Assembly: GCA_964016885.1 (NCBI GenBank)
Contig: OZ024743.1
Span: 162,378,001-162,442,000, forward strand
Length of the DNA: 64,000 nucleotides
DNA from: Eledone cirrhosa
Lineage: Eukaryota
Direction: 5' to 3'
The notes under the pieces are model-generated. The model made no database searches and was not told where the DNA came from. It saw nothing but the letters and a program-made list of their open reading frames with translations. Below are positions 25,745 through 38,917 of the stretch, one piece after another. The position numbers and the translations under genes are program-made. Positions within the stretch are counted from its first letter, which is position 1, and each line of letters starts with the position of its first letter.

Positions 25745-27672
25745 TTCCGTAATCAAGAATGATTATGATCCAAAAAGACCAAGTCCAACCGTGCTCGTCG
25801 ACTCTCTGATCTCTGAGTTACGTACTTTATAAAGTAATGTTACTCCAAAGACCCTACGTATCTTCTTCTTTCAGTCTTTACCCAAGATACATGACCATAG
25901 GTGAAGGTTACCAAGGACACGAAATTGAAAATAGTGAGATTGGCTTTTACACCTATCTCCCTCTAATGACCAAATGATGAAGATGTCGCATTAATGCACC
26001 ACCTCCTGTAATTCTTGCGCCTAATTCAGCCTCCTGCCTTCCATCACTTGTAAGCACGACCCTTGATACTTCAACTTCTCCACCTGCTTCAGTAAACTTC
26101 CACTCATATGTAGAGTGCACTGCACGGTCTTCGCAGTTTTGATATTTATTTCTGCCGCTCAACACTCGTCAGCAAGCTTATCAAGTGAATGTCGGAGATC
26201 ATCTTCTGGTGAGTTAGGAAATGCCATGTCTTCCACAAATTCCAGCGGACTGATCCTACACCCGTCAGTCTTGATATCACTTCCAACCCGGCTGCGCATG
26301 TTAATCCTGTCCATGATGATTAGGAACAGAAGGTGACAGTACGCACCTTTGGCGGAGTCCGGCTTCCACATTGAATGGTTTCGACTTAGCACTATTTATC
26401 CGAACACAATTCTTGTTGCCTTAATGTCTCATATAGAGACATTAAGGTAACAAGAAGCTGACTATCGATCCCATATTCCTGCAGAATCTTCCACAAGAGG
26501 TCTCGTTTTATGCTTTTTCGAGGTCTACTAAACAAGAAAACACCTCTTGTCAATACTCACACGATTTCTCAAAGACCTGCAGTGTGAATATTTGGTCAGC
26601 TATGCTGCGTCCGGGGTGAAAACCAAACTATTCGTCAGTTAGCTTGGACTCGACAATATCCCTGCATCTCTTTGCCAGACACTTAGCATAGACTTTACCG
26701 GGGAGACTTACCAAGAAGATCATTCTGTAATTGGAGTTATTTCTCTTGTCTCCCTTTTTTTGAGAATTGGGAATATCATTCCCGATTGTCATTGCTTATG
26801 TGCCATTCCAGAGATCCATGCCACTCGGCACACATGAGTCAGCCAGAGAATACCTTCTCTAGTTTTAATGGTGTATAGAAAATCAAAATATTCTTTCCAC
26901 CTCATGAGGATCCACCTCTCTGAAGACAGGAGACCCCCAAACGCGTTCCTGATAGCAGGCGTGAAAAATGACATTTTATTACGAAGTCGGCGGATGGTCT
27001 CCCAGAATACTTTATTTACTGATCTGAAGTCAGACTTCAGCTTAACCCCAAAAACCTCTCATGTCTTAACTTTGAACCCTTTTACTGTCTCTGGTGTGAC
27101 TTTTCGCGCCTGCAAGAAGGAGGACTTATTTTCAAGCCAAGTTTTGTAAGCCCCTTTCTTTGCTCGGATGGCATTTTTGACTACTTGAATGAATCAAGAG
27201 GTCTTCCTGCCACCCGCAGCATTTAACGGTTGAAGCAGAAACTAGGAGCTGAACAGTCTCCACTCTATTTCAACATCCTCAGGGAGTTCTCTGAATTTGG
27301 ATGCAATAGTATCCGCAAACCTGTTCCTGTCTGCACTTCCCACTTTATCCTGTATTTCGAGCTGGACTTGTAAGTTTTGTGGGCTTTATTCGCTTTAGGT
27401 AGCCTCAGATTGTAGATAACTAGTTAGTGAACATCCAGCACAGAATCGAAGAGATCAGAGACAATAACAAAATCAGTTATTGATCTCTGGCCCCGGTTTC
27501 CCTTATACCATGTATATTTATGGATATCTTTGTGCTGGAAAAAGCAGTTCATTACTAGATCAGAAGTCTAATAAGGCTCTCCATTCGTATTTATATCGGT
27601 ATCGTTGTTCCTTCCAATCTCTCCTTTCTATTTCAGATAGTTAGTGCCAACATATGCATTGAAGTCTCCCAC
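25745..27672 (-). mobile_element. Degraded RTE-clade LINE (second family; fragments also near 24440 and 40835)
   Basis: VGDFNAYVG, RWKEYF, FHPGRSIADQIFTL, VDLEKA and LWKILQEYGI, with many stops. Confidence 0.82.
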
Positions 27673-28204
27673 ATTTGCTTATAGTTTTTAACGAAATTAA
27701 ATCTCCATAAATTTGGAGTTTAGGTTTCTAAAAGAAGTGTTCGTTAGTTACATTATCGATTATTGATAACATCAAACCAATATGTTTACCACTAAATTTT
27801 TGCTGTAGATGATTCTTTTTAAGCGATAACCTATTTAGCAGACATACTTATAATCTCAGTCCATACTCCATATTCTTATACGTATTACCATTTTATTTTT
27901 CCCGTAGTTTTCACCTTGTTTCTTTAATGCGTGTAACCATATAGTTACATAGTGTCACATGAGTTTTAAAGTATTTCTAAACTGTGCTCGTTTATGTCTA
28001 ACTACAGTTGTTTCGTAGTTATTTTGGCTGAGTTTCTGCCTCTATTGCAGTAGTTCCCAGATACATTTTTTATTCACGGTGTTCTTTTGAGAAAATAAAA
28101 ATATTTTGGAGCACTTTGTGCACAAAGTCAAAAAATGTTAACCTATATATAATTTAAACTACAAAACATTATTAAGTACTTATTTATTCAATAAGTAATG
28201 CCGA

Positions 28205-30018
28205 GTTATCAATGAGAAGTATGCGCTTCATGTTTTTGGTGACGTGTTCGGATGTATTTGAAGTAAATATACCATCATTTCATCTTCAATAGAATGAAGT
28301 CATCCTTTGTTTAGCGTTAGTGAAAGAATAAAATCCAAATTTCACCTATATGTGATGTAGGAACTGAATCAAAATAGATAAAGCTTTTTTAGCTACTGAA
28401 TCTTTGATATATATGCAAAATGTCTCGACGGATTATCTCTGCATGCTTGATTTTTCAGTCCGAAATCGTTGGATATAAAAGCTAATTCTTCTTCTTCAGA
28501 TAATTTCAAGGCAATAGCAAATTACTTTTTTTATGAAAGGGTTTCAAAACCAATTATAATGTGTTTAATGGTGGAAAATAGCAGTTTTATTTCTTCCAGA
28601 GTTCTCAAACTCAGCCCAACTTAATTCGAGAGTATGAAGCCCTCCTTTACTTTTCACACTGGCTTTAGTTTGATTCCACTCTTTTAGAGATATATTTCAT
28701 GCTAGCAGTGGTACTCGGCGTTGCACGGGATAAGGTATTTTGGAACGCGGGCCGCCAACAAACCTAATCGTGGAAAAACTGCGTGCGTGGACAATATGTA
28801 AAGAAAATAAACCAAATACTCTGATGGCTGGATAATCTTTAAGATTTTCCTTGATGAAGCAGGAAAAATGCAGGTTTTCACCTAATGCGGGCCCTAGGGG
28901 ATCAAGAAAATGAATTTTTTTATGTGCATAATATGCCTTGAAATTTCGGGAAAATCGGCTAGACGTAACGCCTCAAAAATCCCTAAAAAGCTGAAAAAAT
29001 GAAGTTTTTCACCTAATGCGGTCCCTAGGCCATAAAAAAGTTGCATTTTCTTTCCTCACGGTATGAAGAAGAGACTGACTAATACATAGTTACAATTTCA
29101 AGGAAAACCTAAAAAAACGCAATTTTTCACCTAGTTGCACTTTTTATGTGCATAGCACTCCATGAAATATAAGTAATACACATGTAAAGTTTGAAAAAAG
29201 TCGGTTGGGTACTTCTCGAGTTTTAGAGATTCAAACTCACAGACACACAGAGACACAGACATACACACACACACATCCTCAGGGAAGTGACGTAATGCAG
29301 ACAGTCAGATATAGAGTCAGATATTATAAGGGCGCGACGTTATATGTATGTATCTATCTAAAAAAGAGAAAGAGTAAGAATTAGAGAGAGAGCTCGCTAA
29401 ATCGCCTAATGCGGTGCCTAGAGCATTAAAAATTTGAAATTTGTTTTGCTCAGAACACTCCCTGAAACATAAGTATTACATGTGTAAAGTTTGAAAACAG
29501 TCGGTTGGGTGGTTCTCGAGTTTTTAGGATTCAAACTCACACACACACAGACAGACATCCTCAGTTTTATATATATAGATGATATTATATCATTGCATTT
29601 TGAATTGTAATTTATATTTTTCACATTTTTTAAATATAATTTTAACTGCCATGTTTACTGATACCCATCTTTTTCCTGTTCAGTGGGTTTGTACGCCCCA
29701 TTATTAGACTATATTATTTACTCAATGTTACAATGAAGCTTCTAGTTCTATTTCAATTCTAAACTTCGCTTGTTGCGTTCCAAACATACTTCCTTTGTTT
29801 ACAGAAGCTTCTAAAAATAACGGGAAAAGCTGGATGGGTACACTGGCGTACTCGTTCGGCAAACGAGAAGTGTAGGATCGACTCCTAACTGTTTCTGTTC
29901 AGTGGGTTTATGCGCCCCATGATTAGACTATAATATTTAGTCAGTGTTACGGTGAAGCTTGTATTTCAATAATTTTTGTTTTTGAACCAGTGTGCAGCCC
30001 ATCGTTTGAAAACCACTG
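28205..30018 (-). mobile_element. hAT (Charlie/Buster-like) DNA transposon remnant, interrupted by a Helitron
   Basis: TIR-like CAGTGGTTTTCAAA at 30018. C-terminal dimerisation-domain remnants KKALSILIQF, IEDEMMVYL and HEAHTSH* at ~28400-28210. Confidence 0.55.
28702..29579 (-). mobile_element. Non-autonomous Helitron with different internal sequence
   Basis: Minus-strand 5' A|TCTATATATATAAAACTG; 3' CCCGTGCAACGCCGAG...CTGCTAG. Internal ~120 bp duplication (29160-29281 vs 29460-29562). Confidence 0.82.
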
Positions 30019-30913
30019 GTTTAGAGATGTATGTCTTAAGACCAATAGACTCTGAAATATTGCCAAAAGTATTGGGTACACACCTAGTGATTCTTAATTT
30101 TCTTCATCTATCCGACTGAAAATGTTATCTATGTTTTGGTAGAACGGGTATATAAATTCAACTCTTCTTAAAACAGCCTTCATATTAGGTTTTTTAATGC
30201 AGTTTGACTACTGCAGCAATTTTCAGCATTATTATTTTTCTTTCAGACATAGCCAATTACTTAACCAGGCAGATAGAAACATTACTAGTGATAGTATTCA
30301 TTGCACTGTGGCAAATAGTTACCTACGCTAAATGCGTCTGGCTCAGTCGATACCATATATGTATAGAAATGAATGTTTGTATATACATATATTTTATGGT
30401 TTAGCAGGAAGAGGAAAGAAAGTGCCTATGACCATGTGTAGGATCGCTGAGACTGGTAAGGGAAATGGATGAAGAAGCCTTCCTCGTAAATTACCCTCAG
30501 ACTGAAGATCTGGACTGAATGCTTTCTATAGAATGGCTTTCATTAAAAGGTACTTCAGAACAACGTAGTGGTGTTAAACTAGGCAACGGGCTACGTCTAC
30601 CATATAGGAACATATCCAACCCATTTGAATGGCGTCTACATGGTTTCTGCTTAGCTGATTTCATTAACATTGTCCGAATCGTTAGCACATCGGACAATAC
30701 GCTTTATGGCATTTAGTAACGATTTTTTACATTCTGTGTTCAAATCCATCAGACGTCACTTTACCTTTCATCCTTCTAAAGCCGATAAAATAAAGTAGCA
30801 GTTAAGTACTGGGATCGATATAATCGACTTTCCTCTTTCCCCAAATTGCAGGCCTTGTGCCAATGTTAGGAAAAAATCAACATGGCTTTTCTGTTTGTAT
30901 TTTTCGCACTATA

Positions 30914-30914
<1 letters not shown>

Positions 30915-30963
<49 letters not shown>

Positions 30964-31975
30964 TCCAGCTGAGCTCATGAATGTTATCCAACCATCTTGC
31001 TCGAGGTCTACACCTAGGTCTCCTACCGGTGGGTTTTGTCCGTAAAATCTGTCCAACGATTCTTTCCTGAGACATTCTAACCACATCTCTGTAATATCAA
31101 AGCTGTGATCTCTCAATTAGAAGAAGAAGCGGCTCTACTGGGAGCGACTCTCTGATCTCTGAGCTACGCATTCTATCGACTAACATTACTACAAAGACCC
31201 TTCGGGGGAACCCATTTCGGCCACTTGTGTTCACGATTGTATTCTTTCGGTCATTACCTAAGATTCATGACCATAGGTAAGGGTTCGTACGAATACTGAA
31301 TTGAAGAAAGCAAATTTGGCTTTTACACTTATCTCCCTTCTGATGACTGAATGCTGAAGGTCGTGCATTACTGCAGCAGCTCCTGACATTATTGCACTTA
31401 ATTTAGTCTCCTGTCTGCCATCACATGTGAATACGGCCCAGAGATACTTGAACTTCTCCACCTGCTTCAGTGAAACTCCTCTCACATGTAGAGTGCACTG
31501 CGCGGGATTGCTTGCGAGGACGACTATCCCCATCTTCGAAGCTTTGATTTTCATTCCTGTTGCGCAGCATTCGACATAAAACTTATCAATTGCATATCGG
31601 AGATCACCTTCAGATGCGTTAAGTAGTACCATGTCGTTCATAATTCCAGCCGATTAGTCCTAAATTCACCAGTCCTGATACCACTTCCAACCCAGCTGCG
31701 CATGTCAATCCCGGTTATGAAGATTATGAACAGGGGAGGGGTGTTAGTGCGCACCCTCGGCGGAGTCCGACACCCACATTGAATAGTTTCGACTTAACTC
31801 TATTTATCCGAACACAGATACTAAGGCATTCATATAGAGACATCAAGACAACAAGAAGCTGTCTATCCGTCGATCCCATACTTCTGTAGAACCTTCCACA
31901 ACAGACCCCTCTTGACAATACTCCCACGATTACTCAAAGACCCGCCGAAGTGTGAATATGTGGTCACCTGTCCTA
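30915..31975 (-). mobile_element. 5'-truncated RTE LINE with (GAA)n tail
   Basis: GVGLRRGCAL, QVEKFKYL, LTYGHES and RPRARWLDNI, then (GAA)n at ~30916-30961. Confidence 0.85.
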
Positions 31976-31984
31976 CTCGCTTGT

Positions 31985-32322
31985 GAATCGAACTAACTCC
32001 GAGGGTGCAGTTAAAACGTAACGTATAGTCACTGGCAGATTGGGGAGCTTTGGTGGTTTCCCGTCTGTTTTCCCTGTCCCGCCGTCGGCGTTTCGAAGCA
32101 TCGTTCCCGGGTCGGGCGTGCACGTCGAATGTCACCGCGTTTCGATTCGTGTAATAGGCGGCCGGGGACCCGACAAATGGCGATTCAGAGGAAACTCCGT
32201 TGGAAGTCCGAAGTGCCTCTGACATGCAAACCGATCGTCAAAACCGGATGCAGGAGCGATAGACCAATCGAACCATATATTAGCTGGTTCTCTCGGAAGT
32301 TTCACTCAGGACAGCTGGCGCC
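31985..32322 (+). pseudogene. Diverged 28S (LSU) rRNA fragment
   Basis: Mismatched versions of conserved LSU segments GGACCCGAAAGATGG, CAGAGGAAACTCTGGTGGAGG, CTGACGTGCAAATCG and AGACTAATCGAACCATCTAGTAGCTGGTTCCCTCCGAAGTTTCCCTCAGGATAGCTGG. Confidence 0.85.
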
Positions 32323-34539
32323 AACAGCAGGCGAACGACACGCAATTCCGTTACGATAAATAAGCGGGGATGGAATAATAGGGGTGGAATAAGCGGGGTG
32401 GAAAATCTGTAATTTTTCCAGGTTTTATCCCTTGATTGTTTTTAAAAAGCAGAAATAATCGTTTAGTTTACATATAGAGACCCCAAGCCATCCTATTTAT
32501 TTTATAATGTACTTTCTTTTGTCATGTATAATGATTTTTAATGTGTAAAGAAAATTAATTATCGCAGGAATGCTACGACTTAAAATAAAATTTCGCCAGA
32601 GACAGGTTCGAAACATTTAATAAGCGGGGGGGGGGGGGGGATAACTGAAATTATTAAGGTGGGTGTCGATTATTCGTGACCTGCAAGTATATAACTACTT
32701 TCCTTGCAATAGAGAACGTTAATCGAAATGAAAGGGACAAGACTCTCTCGTCGAGACAATTGATATACATGCTAGAATGTGTGTATTTATGTATGCATGC
32801 ACGTATGTATGCATATATGTACGTATGTGTGTATGTGTGTATACTTACATACATACATGCATACATACATACATACATACATACATACATACATACATAC
32901 ATACATACATACATACATACATACATACATACATACATACATAACACAACTAGTTAGGAAATTACAAGTACAATCCATTAATGGAACAGTAAAAATATGT
33001 AAAACATTCCAACAATTTTGCATCTAATAACTACATATACACATGTACAGATGCAAAGCAAATACACATGCACACATACAACTCAAAACATATACATCCA
33101 CACATACAATAACATCCATATCTACACATGCATGCATACATACATATCTACCTAGTTGATGTTGTGTAAATTCCAATAAGAAAGTTTTGTGTCTATGTTA
33201 GAAACCGGCTCTCTCTCTATTGGTAAAACTTTGTGAAATTATAAAACCAGGAGAACATACATACATACATACATACATACATACATACATACATACATAC
33301 ATACATACATACATACATGATGACTGCAACACGATTTCGAGTAATGCCATCGCTTGATAATTAAGCATGAGCATCACGGACGTGGCTTTTTAATCCTGCT
33401 AGGGACTTGCCTATGGCCAGCCATGTCATCACAAAAAATGTCACATATCAAGCGATGCCTGTGCTTGAAGCTTTTTTAAGTGAAGAAAGGCTTTGCATGG
33501 AGCCAATCCCACTCTCTGAACTTTGGATGCAAACGAAGTCACAAGTTTTATATCAGAGTGACCTTCTCCTAGAAAGATGTCTTAATGAAAATTTGGGGTC
33601 ACTCGCTCCACAAAAGAAAAAATATCTTTATTGGATAGCCGTTGACTCTTCTGAGTTTCTCTGCCATTTGACGGGTCTTATTTTTCATCGCCCTCCTCAC
33701 CAAGCAAGCTTGGTAGGGTTGCCGGTTTAGTCGCAGACGATCCGACCATGCACAGGTTGTACTAGGTTACATGTAACCAGTAGCGTTGAAGAGCGACCTC
33801 ACATACATACATACGTACATACATACATACGTACATACATACATACATACATACATACATACATACATACATACATACATACATACATACATACATACAT
33901 ACATACATACATACATACATACATACATACATACGTACGTACGTACGTACGTATGTATAAATGTATGTATTTATGTGTGTATGTATGTATCATACGTGCA
34001 TTTATGTATATGTGTATGCATCCATGTATGTATGTATATATTGTTTGTAAGCGTATATGTATGTATTTATGTATGCATACATACATATATGTATGTATTT
34101 ATGTATGCATACATACATATATGTATGTATGTATTTATGTGTACCGACTCAAACCGAGAATCATTTTACTGTTTCACAGATCCCATTGTACCACTGATTA
34201 ACTGAAACTGGAATATGTAAATATATACTTTTCTGGAAAAGCTCTGTATTTCCAAGCCGCTCTATAAACCCTTTAACATAGCCCAACTTACCTATGAAAA
34301 CAGATATGAATGAGAATTTACTGTCAGGACTTAATAATTCTAAAATATATATCAGTGTTACCGTAGATATATATTCTATTTCTGTGCAATATAAACTAGA
34401 TGTTCACATAACCTAGAGCACATATTTTCCCCTAAGTACATTATGTTTTTGTTTGATTTTTATCTGTCATAGTGTATGTTATATTTTCATACAAACAGGA
34501 ATATATAGACGTACATATTTATGTGTATACGTACAATCA

Positions 34540-34935
34540 TCTGCCATTTTCTTAGATTATCCAATAAAGTTGAAAAGCAGCTGATAAATGTAAATCTGTT
34601 TAACTGTATTCTAAAAATAGCAAGTCTGTAAAGAAGGGAAAGAGAAATAACATAGGCCATGACATTGTCTAACTGGAGAAAAGAGAATTGGATAGAAATG
34701 GATAGAAATGGCACAGTTGATTAAGAAACTGTGTTATCAGCTGGCAAAGAGGAACTATGAAGGAGGAATGATGTAGAAAAATAAATGGACAAACAGTAGG
34801 ATTTATAAAAAAGCACACCAGCTGGGATAAAAGAGATCAGAATTAACGTAAAATGTTTCTTAAGGAACACAATAACTGCCAATACTATAGTATATTTTGC
34901 CAAAGAAAAAAAAAGTAACTAGTAATGGTTTGCGT
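34540..34935 (-). pseudogene. Possible decayed exon of an SLC22/organic cation transporter-like MFS gene
   Basis: Strong acceptor TTTTTTGTTTTTCAG, then across frameshifts RKPLLVTFF..YYSI..TFYVN..IPAGVL..INCAISI..LFSPVRQCHGLC..TFISCFSTLL. The order parallels SLC22 TM7-TM12 motifs. Confidence 0.35.
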
Positions 34936-35744
34936 CTGAAAAACAAAAAAAGGTTAAATGATTTCGTTTAATAACATAAATTCTTGTGATGTATATCTTG
35001 TATATTCTTTCTGATTTCTCTCCCACTTCTCGAAACTTCTTGCTAATCATCTAATTTAACTCAGCACAGTGCAAATTTTCTCAAAAGAAAGGAAAGGGAC
35101 CGATCGGACCAAGGAAACAATATTTCCATTGGTCTTTTGGTCTTTCCATTGCTGGTACTATTTGCCCATCACAACTAGCATAACATAGGGTTGAATTAGA
35201 TACTGTAACAATTCAGCGAATCGATTGCCTCGGAGCTAGTACTTTATTTATCTACCCTAAAAGGGATGAAGACAAAGTTAAACCTACCGGGATTTGAATT
35301 CAGACCATAGTACGCTGAAACAAATACTAATACATTTAATCTGATACCCTAACGATTCTGCCAATTCACTATCCGTTTTCTCGACGGTAGATAAAAATAT
35401 AAATTACTAAAAAGCTTTCTAATATCCACAATCTCACTAATGATTCTAAGCTTTCAAGTGAAATAAAATAAAAAAGCATCTATTCAAAATTGTACATGTG
35501 TTATACCTTTAACTATAATCTACTTTATTATCTTTCAATAAAATCAAAACAAAATATCGCGTCATATCTACAATAACAGTGATGTAGAAGATTTACATTT
35601 AAATATTCTAAACATCAAAAATGCATATTTTCTTTAGTCATGCAGTAAGGATAAATAAAATATAAACTGATAGATCATATTGTTTATTCACTTATTTAAA
35701 GTGAAACTGGGTATTAACTGTCTCCCATACTTATTATTATTGTT

Positions 35745-37200
35745 GTGTTATTTCTTTCAGCTCAGTTCTGTTTCTCTATTGCCGGGTTCAGGCCTTGAAC
35801 CTAGGGCAATAGACGTCTGAGAATATGTGCTGTTCCTAGTAGCCCGATCTTCTGTAGCTCATATTTGTTGAATTTGCGAGGATGGAGGCTAAGGTGCAGG
35901 TCTGATGATCTGGGTTTTAATCCTAATGGTCCTATTACTACAGGAATAGTGTTTGTAGTCATCCTCCACATGCGGTTGATCTCTCTTTCAAGGTCTTTGT
36001 ATTTTGACATTTTTTTCCATTGTTTTTATAGATGTATTCTAGTCAGTTGGTACGGAAATATCTATATGTCCAATCTGTTTTGTATGATGATATCTGGTCT
36101 GTTGGCAGCGATTTCTCGGTCGGTTATCATAGGCATATCCCACAAGACTGTTTTTGGTTGATGTTCATACCATTTGTTAGAAATTTGGATGTCATGAGAG
36201 CGGCAGAGCATCCAGTGTACATATTTGGTAATGCGGTTGTGTCTTTCGATATAGTCAGGTTTTTGCCAGCTCTGGACACCTGGAGATAACATGATCTACT
36301 GTTTCTTCATGTTTGTAGCATATTCTGCATAGAGGGCTAGTCCCATCTTTCACTATGCTCTGTCTATAGGCCCGAGTGTTTAGAGATTGGTCTTGTGCAG
36401 CAACTAAGAGTCCCTCAGTCTCTGCTTTCAAACCAGCACTTCTGAGCCAGGATAGTTAGCCATGCTGGTCGATATCATTGTCAGAATGTCGTTCTGGGAA
36501 TCTACCATGTAGTGGTTCAGATCCTCTGTTTGGACTTTCACAGTCATAGCTAGCTGTGTAGCACTCTGGTGTTGATTTTCTATGGGTATGTCTTCAGATT
36601 TTGGCTAAATGTGCTTGCCTCTTTTGTTATTGAGTGTAATTTCTTAATACGTGTACTCATGATTGAGTACAGGCTTAAGAAGTTGATCTCTGATGTGGTG
36701 GAGGTAGCTATCCAATCCAATGGTTGATGTTTTGTATGCTGCTTCCAATTGTCGGAACCCCCATCTAACTTCTCTCCTTGAGATATACAGCCTGTGTACA
36801 TTGGCTTTAGGGTGGTGCATTTTTTTCGTTGTCAATAGTTTCTTTGTCTTAGTGTCCAACCTTTGTAGTTCTTGCAGGTTCTAGTTTATGATGTTAAAGC
36901 TGTATGTTATAACTGGTACTGTTAGACTGTTAATGGCTTTGAACTTGCAGGAATTTAGCTCATGTTTTGTTACCAGTCTCATTCTCCTTATGTAATCCTT
37001 CCGTATCTTTCCCTACATACTTGCGTGCTGGATTCCATCTCCTTCATTAACTCCAAGATATTTGTAGAACTCTTCATTGTTAAGTTCCTTTATGGTAGTT
37101 TGTTGAGCTATTGCAATATATTTATGGTTAGCGAGCAACCCTCTCTTGAATGTGGCTTTTGCACACCTATCCAGTCCAAATTCCATATGGTTGTCATCAC
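35745..37200 (-). mobile_element. R4/Dong-clade non-LTR retrotransposon (3' part)
   Basis: MEFGLDRCAK, HPKANVHRLY, ETEGLLVAAQDQSL, RHN, NRPDI, KYKDL and LQKIGLLGTAHILRR; ends in (AAT)n. Confidence 0.88.
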
Positions 37201-37231
37201 TGAATTATCATTATTATTGTTATTATTGTGG

Positions 37232-37420
37232 CTTGGCGGTGGATTGGCAGTATCGGTAGAAGGTCGGACGCCATGCTTTGACGCATAGAGTTACGGCCCT
37301 TGCCATTCTGAGTTCAAATTCCACCTAGGTTAACTTTGCCTTTCATCCTTATGGGGTCGATAAAATAAAGTACCAGTAATACACTGGGTAATTGCTGGCC
37401 TTGTGCCAAAAGTAGAAACA
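37232..37420 (+). mobile_element. Meta-like SINE, full length
   Basis: Same sequence family as 4663-4848. Confidence 0.8.
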
Positions 37421-37439
37421 ATTATTGTTATTATTGTTT

Positions 37440-38778
37440 TCCTCTTCCTTCAGTATTGTTTCCGTTATATGCCGAGTGTCTTCCCGACACCTAGAGCAAA
37501 TAAACTCTCTGTATACATTGGTAAACCAGTTAACACACTATATTGATTATAATTTTCAGAGAGATAGTGCTCTTCTCAATACGTGTGCAGTACCAGTTAA
37601 AACAATTTTGTATACCTCTTGCAGGGAGGGTAAACCAGGGATCATTCTCAAATACTGTTCTGTTCCTTTCTTGATCATTCCCAGTGCTCCCACAATCACT
37701 GGTATTGTAACGGCCTTGAGGTGCCACATTTGTTTCAGTTTCAATGATCAGATCTTTATATTTTCTTAACTAGTCAAATTCTTTTGCTGCGATATTGTTA
37801 TCACATGGGATGCTCATATCAATCAATAAACAGACCTTGCTTATCTGGTCTAACTTTTAGGAACAGCAGTTTTGGTTTTATAATGCCGACATATTAACCA
37901 GTGTAGATATTGGCCAACTATGTCATATCTAGATTTGTACTCTACCGGTGTTAAAACTTTACATCCAGAGATTAAGGAATACAATGTTTCAGCCTCATCA
38001 TTGCAGAATCAGCACTTTATATTTATTCCGTTTCTCATCACATTCGCCTGGTAATTTCGTGTTAGTAAGCTTTCATCTTGGGCAGCTAAGATGAGGCCTT
38101 CGCTCTCTGCTTTTAGCTCTGAGCTACGTAACCACTGATGGGTGTGCTTTTGGTCAACATCAGTTTGTTTGCTACGGACCACATATTTGTCATGTAGAGG
38201 TTTCTACTCTCTCTCTCTCTTTCTCTCTCTCACTCTCTCTTTGATGCTGATTGCTATTGCCCTTTTCCTTTTGCCATTAATCTTATATGCTTAGCAGCAT
38301 CAATTGCAACAGTTTCCTCAGTCTGTCCAAACTGCGTATCAAGGATATCGGTAGCATATTTTTGGCTGTCCTTCAAGATAGAAGGAAGCTGCTTAGTTCT
38401 CTCGTGTTTTTCAACGAGTTTCAGCATACATTCGTTTGTTGTTTCTAAGTATTTTGACAATATAGTAGTGGTGGTCTTGTAGGTAAGTTCAAATTGGATC
38501 AGGTCACAGCCTCCTTGAGTTCTAGGGAGGTAAAGACGATTCACATCTGTTTTCGGTTGGTGCATCCGAATCAGTAACTTACAGATTTTGGTGTCGACTC
38601 TTTTAATTTCACCTATGTTCCAGTTCAACACACCGAAGATATGTGACAAATGGAACTGCCAAGACATTTATAACACCTTGTTATATGCATTTAGTTCTGA
38701 TCTCAGAACTGCGCATATTCTCCTGTAACATCCCTTCCTTATCTTCTCTTTCATACTTGCATGCTGAATGCCTTGAGC
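37440..38778 (-). mobile_element. Second, diverged R4/Dong-clade element (3' part)
   Basis: RSELNAYNKV, HQPKTDVNRLYLPR, EGLILAAQDE, IPVIVGALG and VLTGTAHVLRR; ends in (AAT)n. Confidence 0.88.
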
Positions 38779-38917
38779 CCAAAATTTAAACTTTATTTTG
38801 TCAAACAAACAATTATAAAAAAATATATGGATGGCATCCGCCTACCCAAATCTAGCCAGCTGTCACGTGACAGCAGTTCTAACATACACACCCCTCCCAT
38901 CACCACTATTGTAAGCC

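Noticed and set aside
31985-32322. Functional rDNA unit
   Set aside because: Only ~340 bp, with substitutions and deletions in invariant positions.
34721-34935. nAChR-like or chemotactile receptor M1-M3 exon (RKPL motif)
   Set aside because: The downstream motifs fit SLC22 order better and no Cys-loop exons are seen; both readings are weak.
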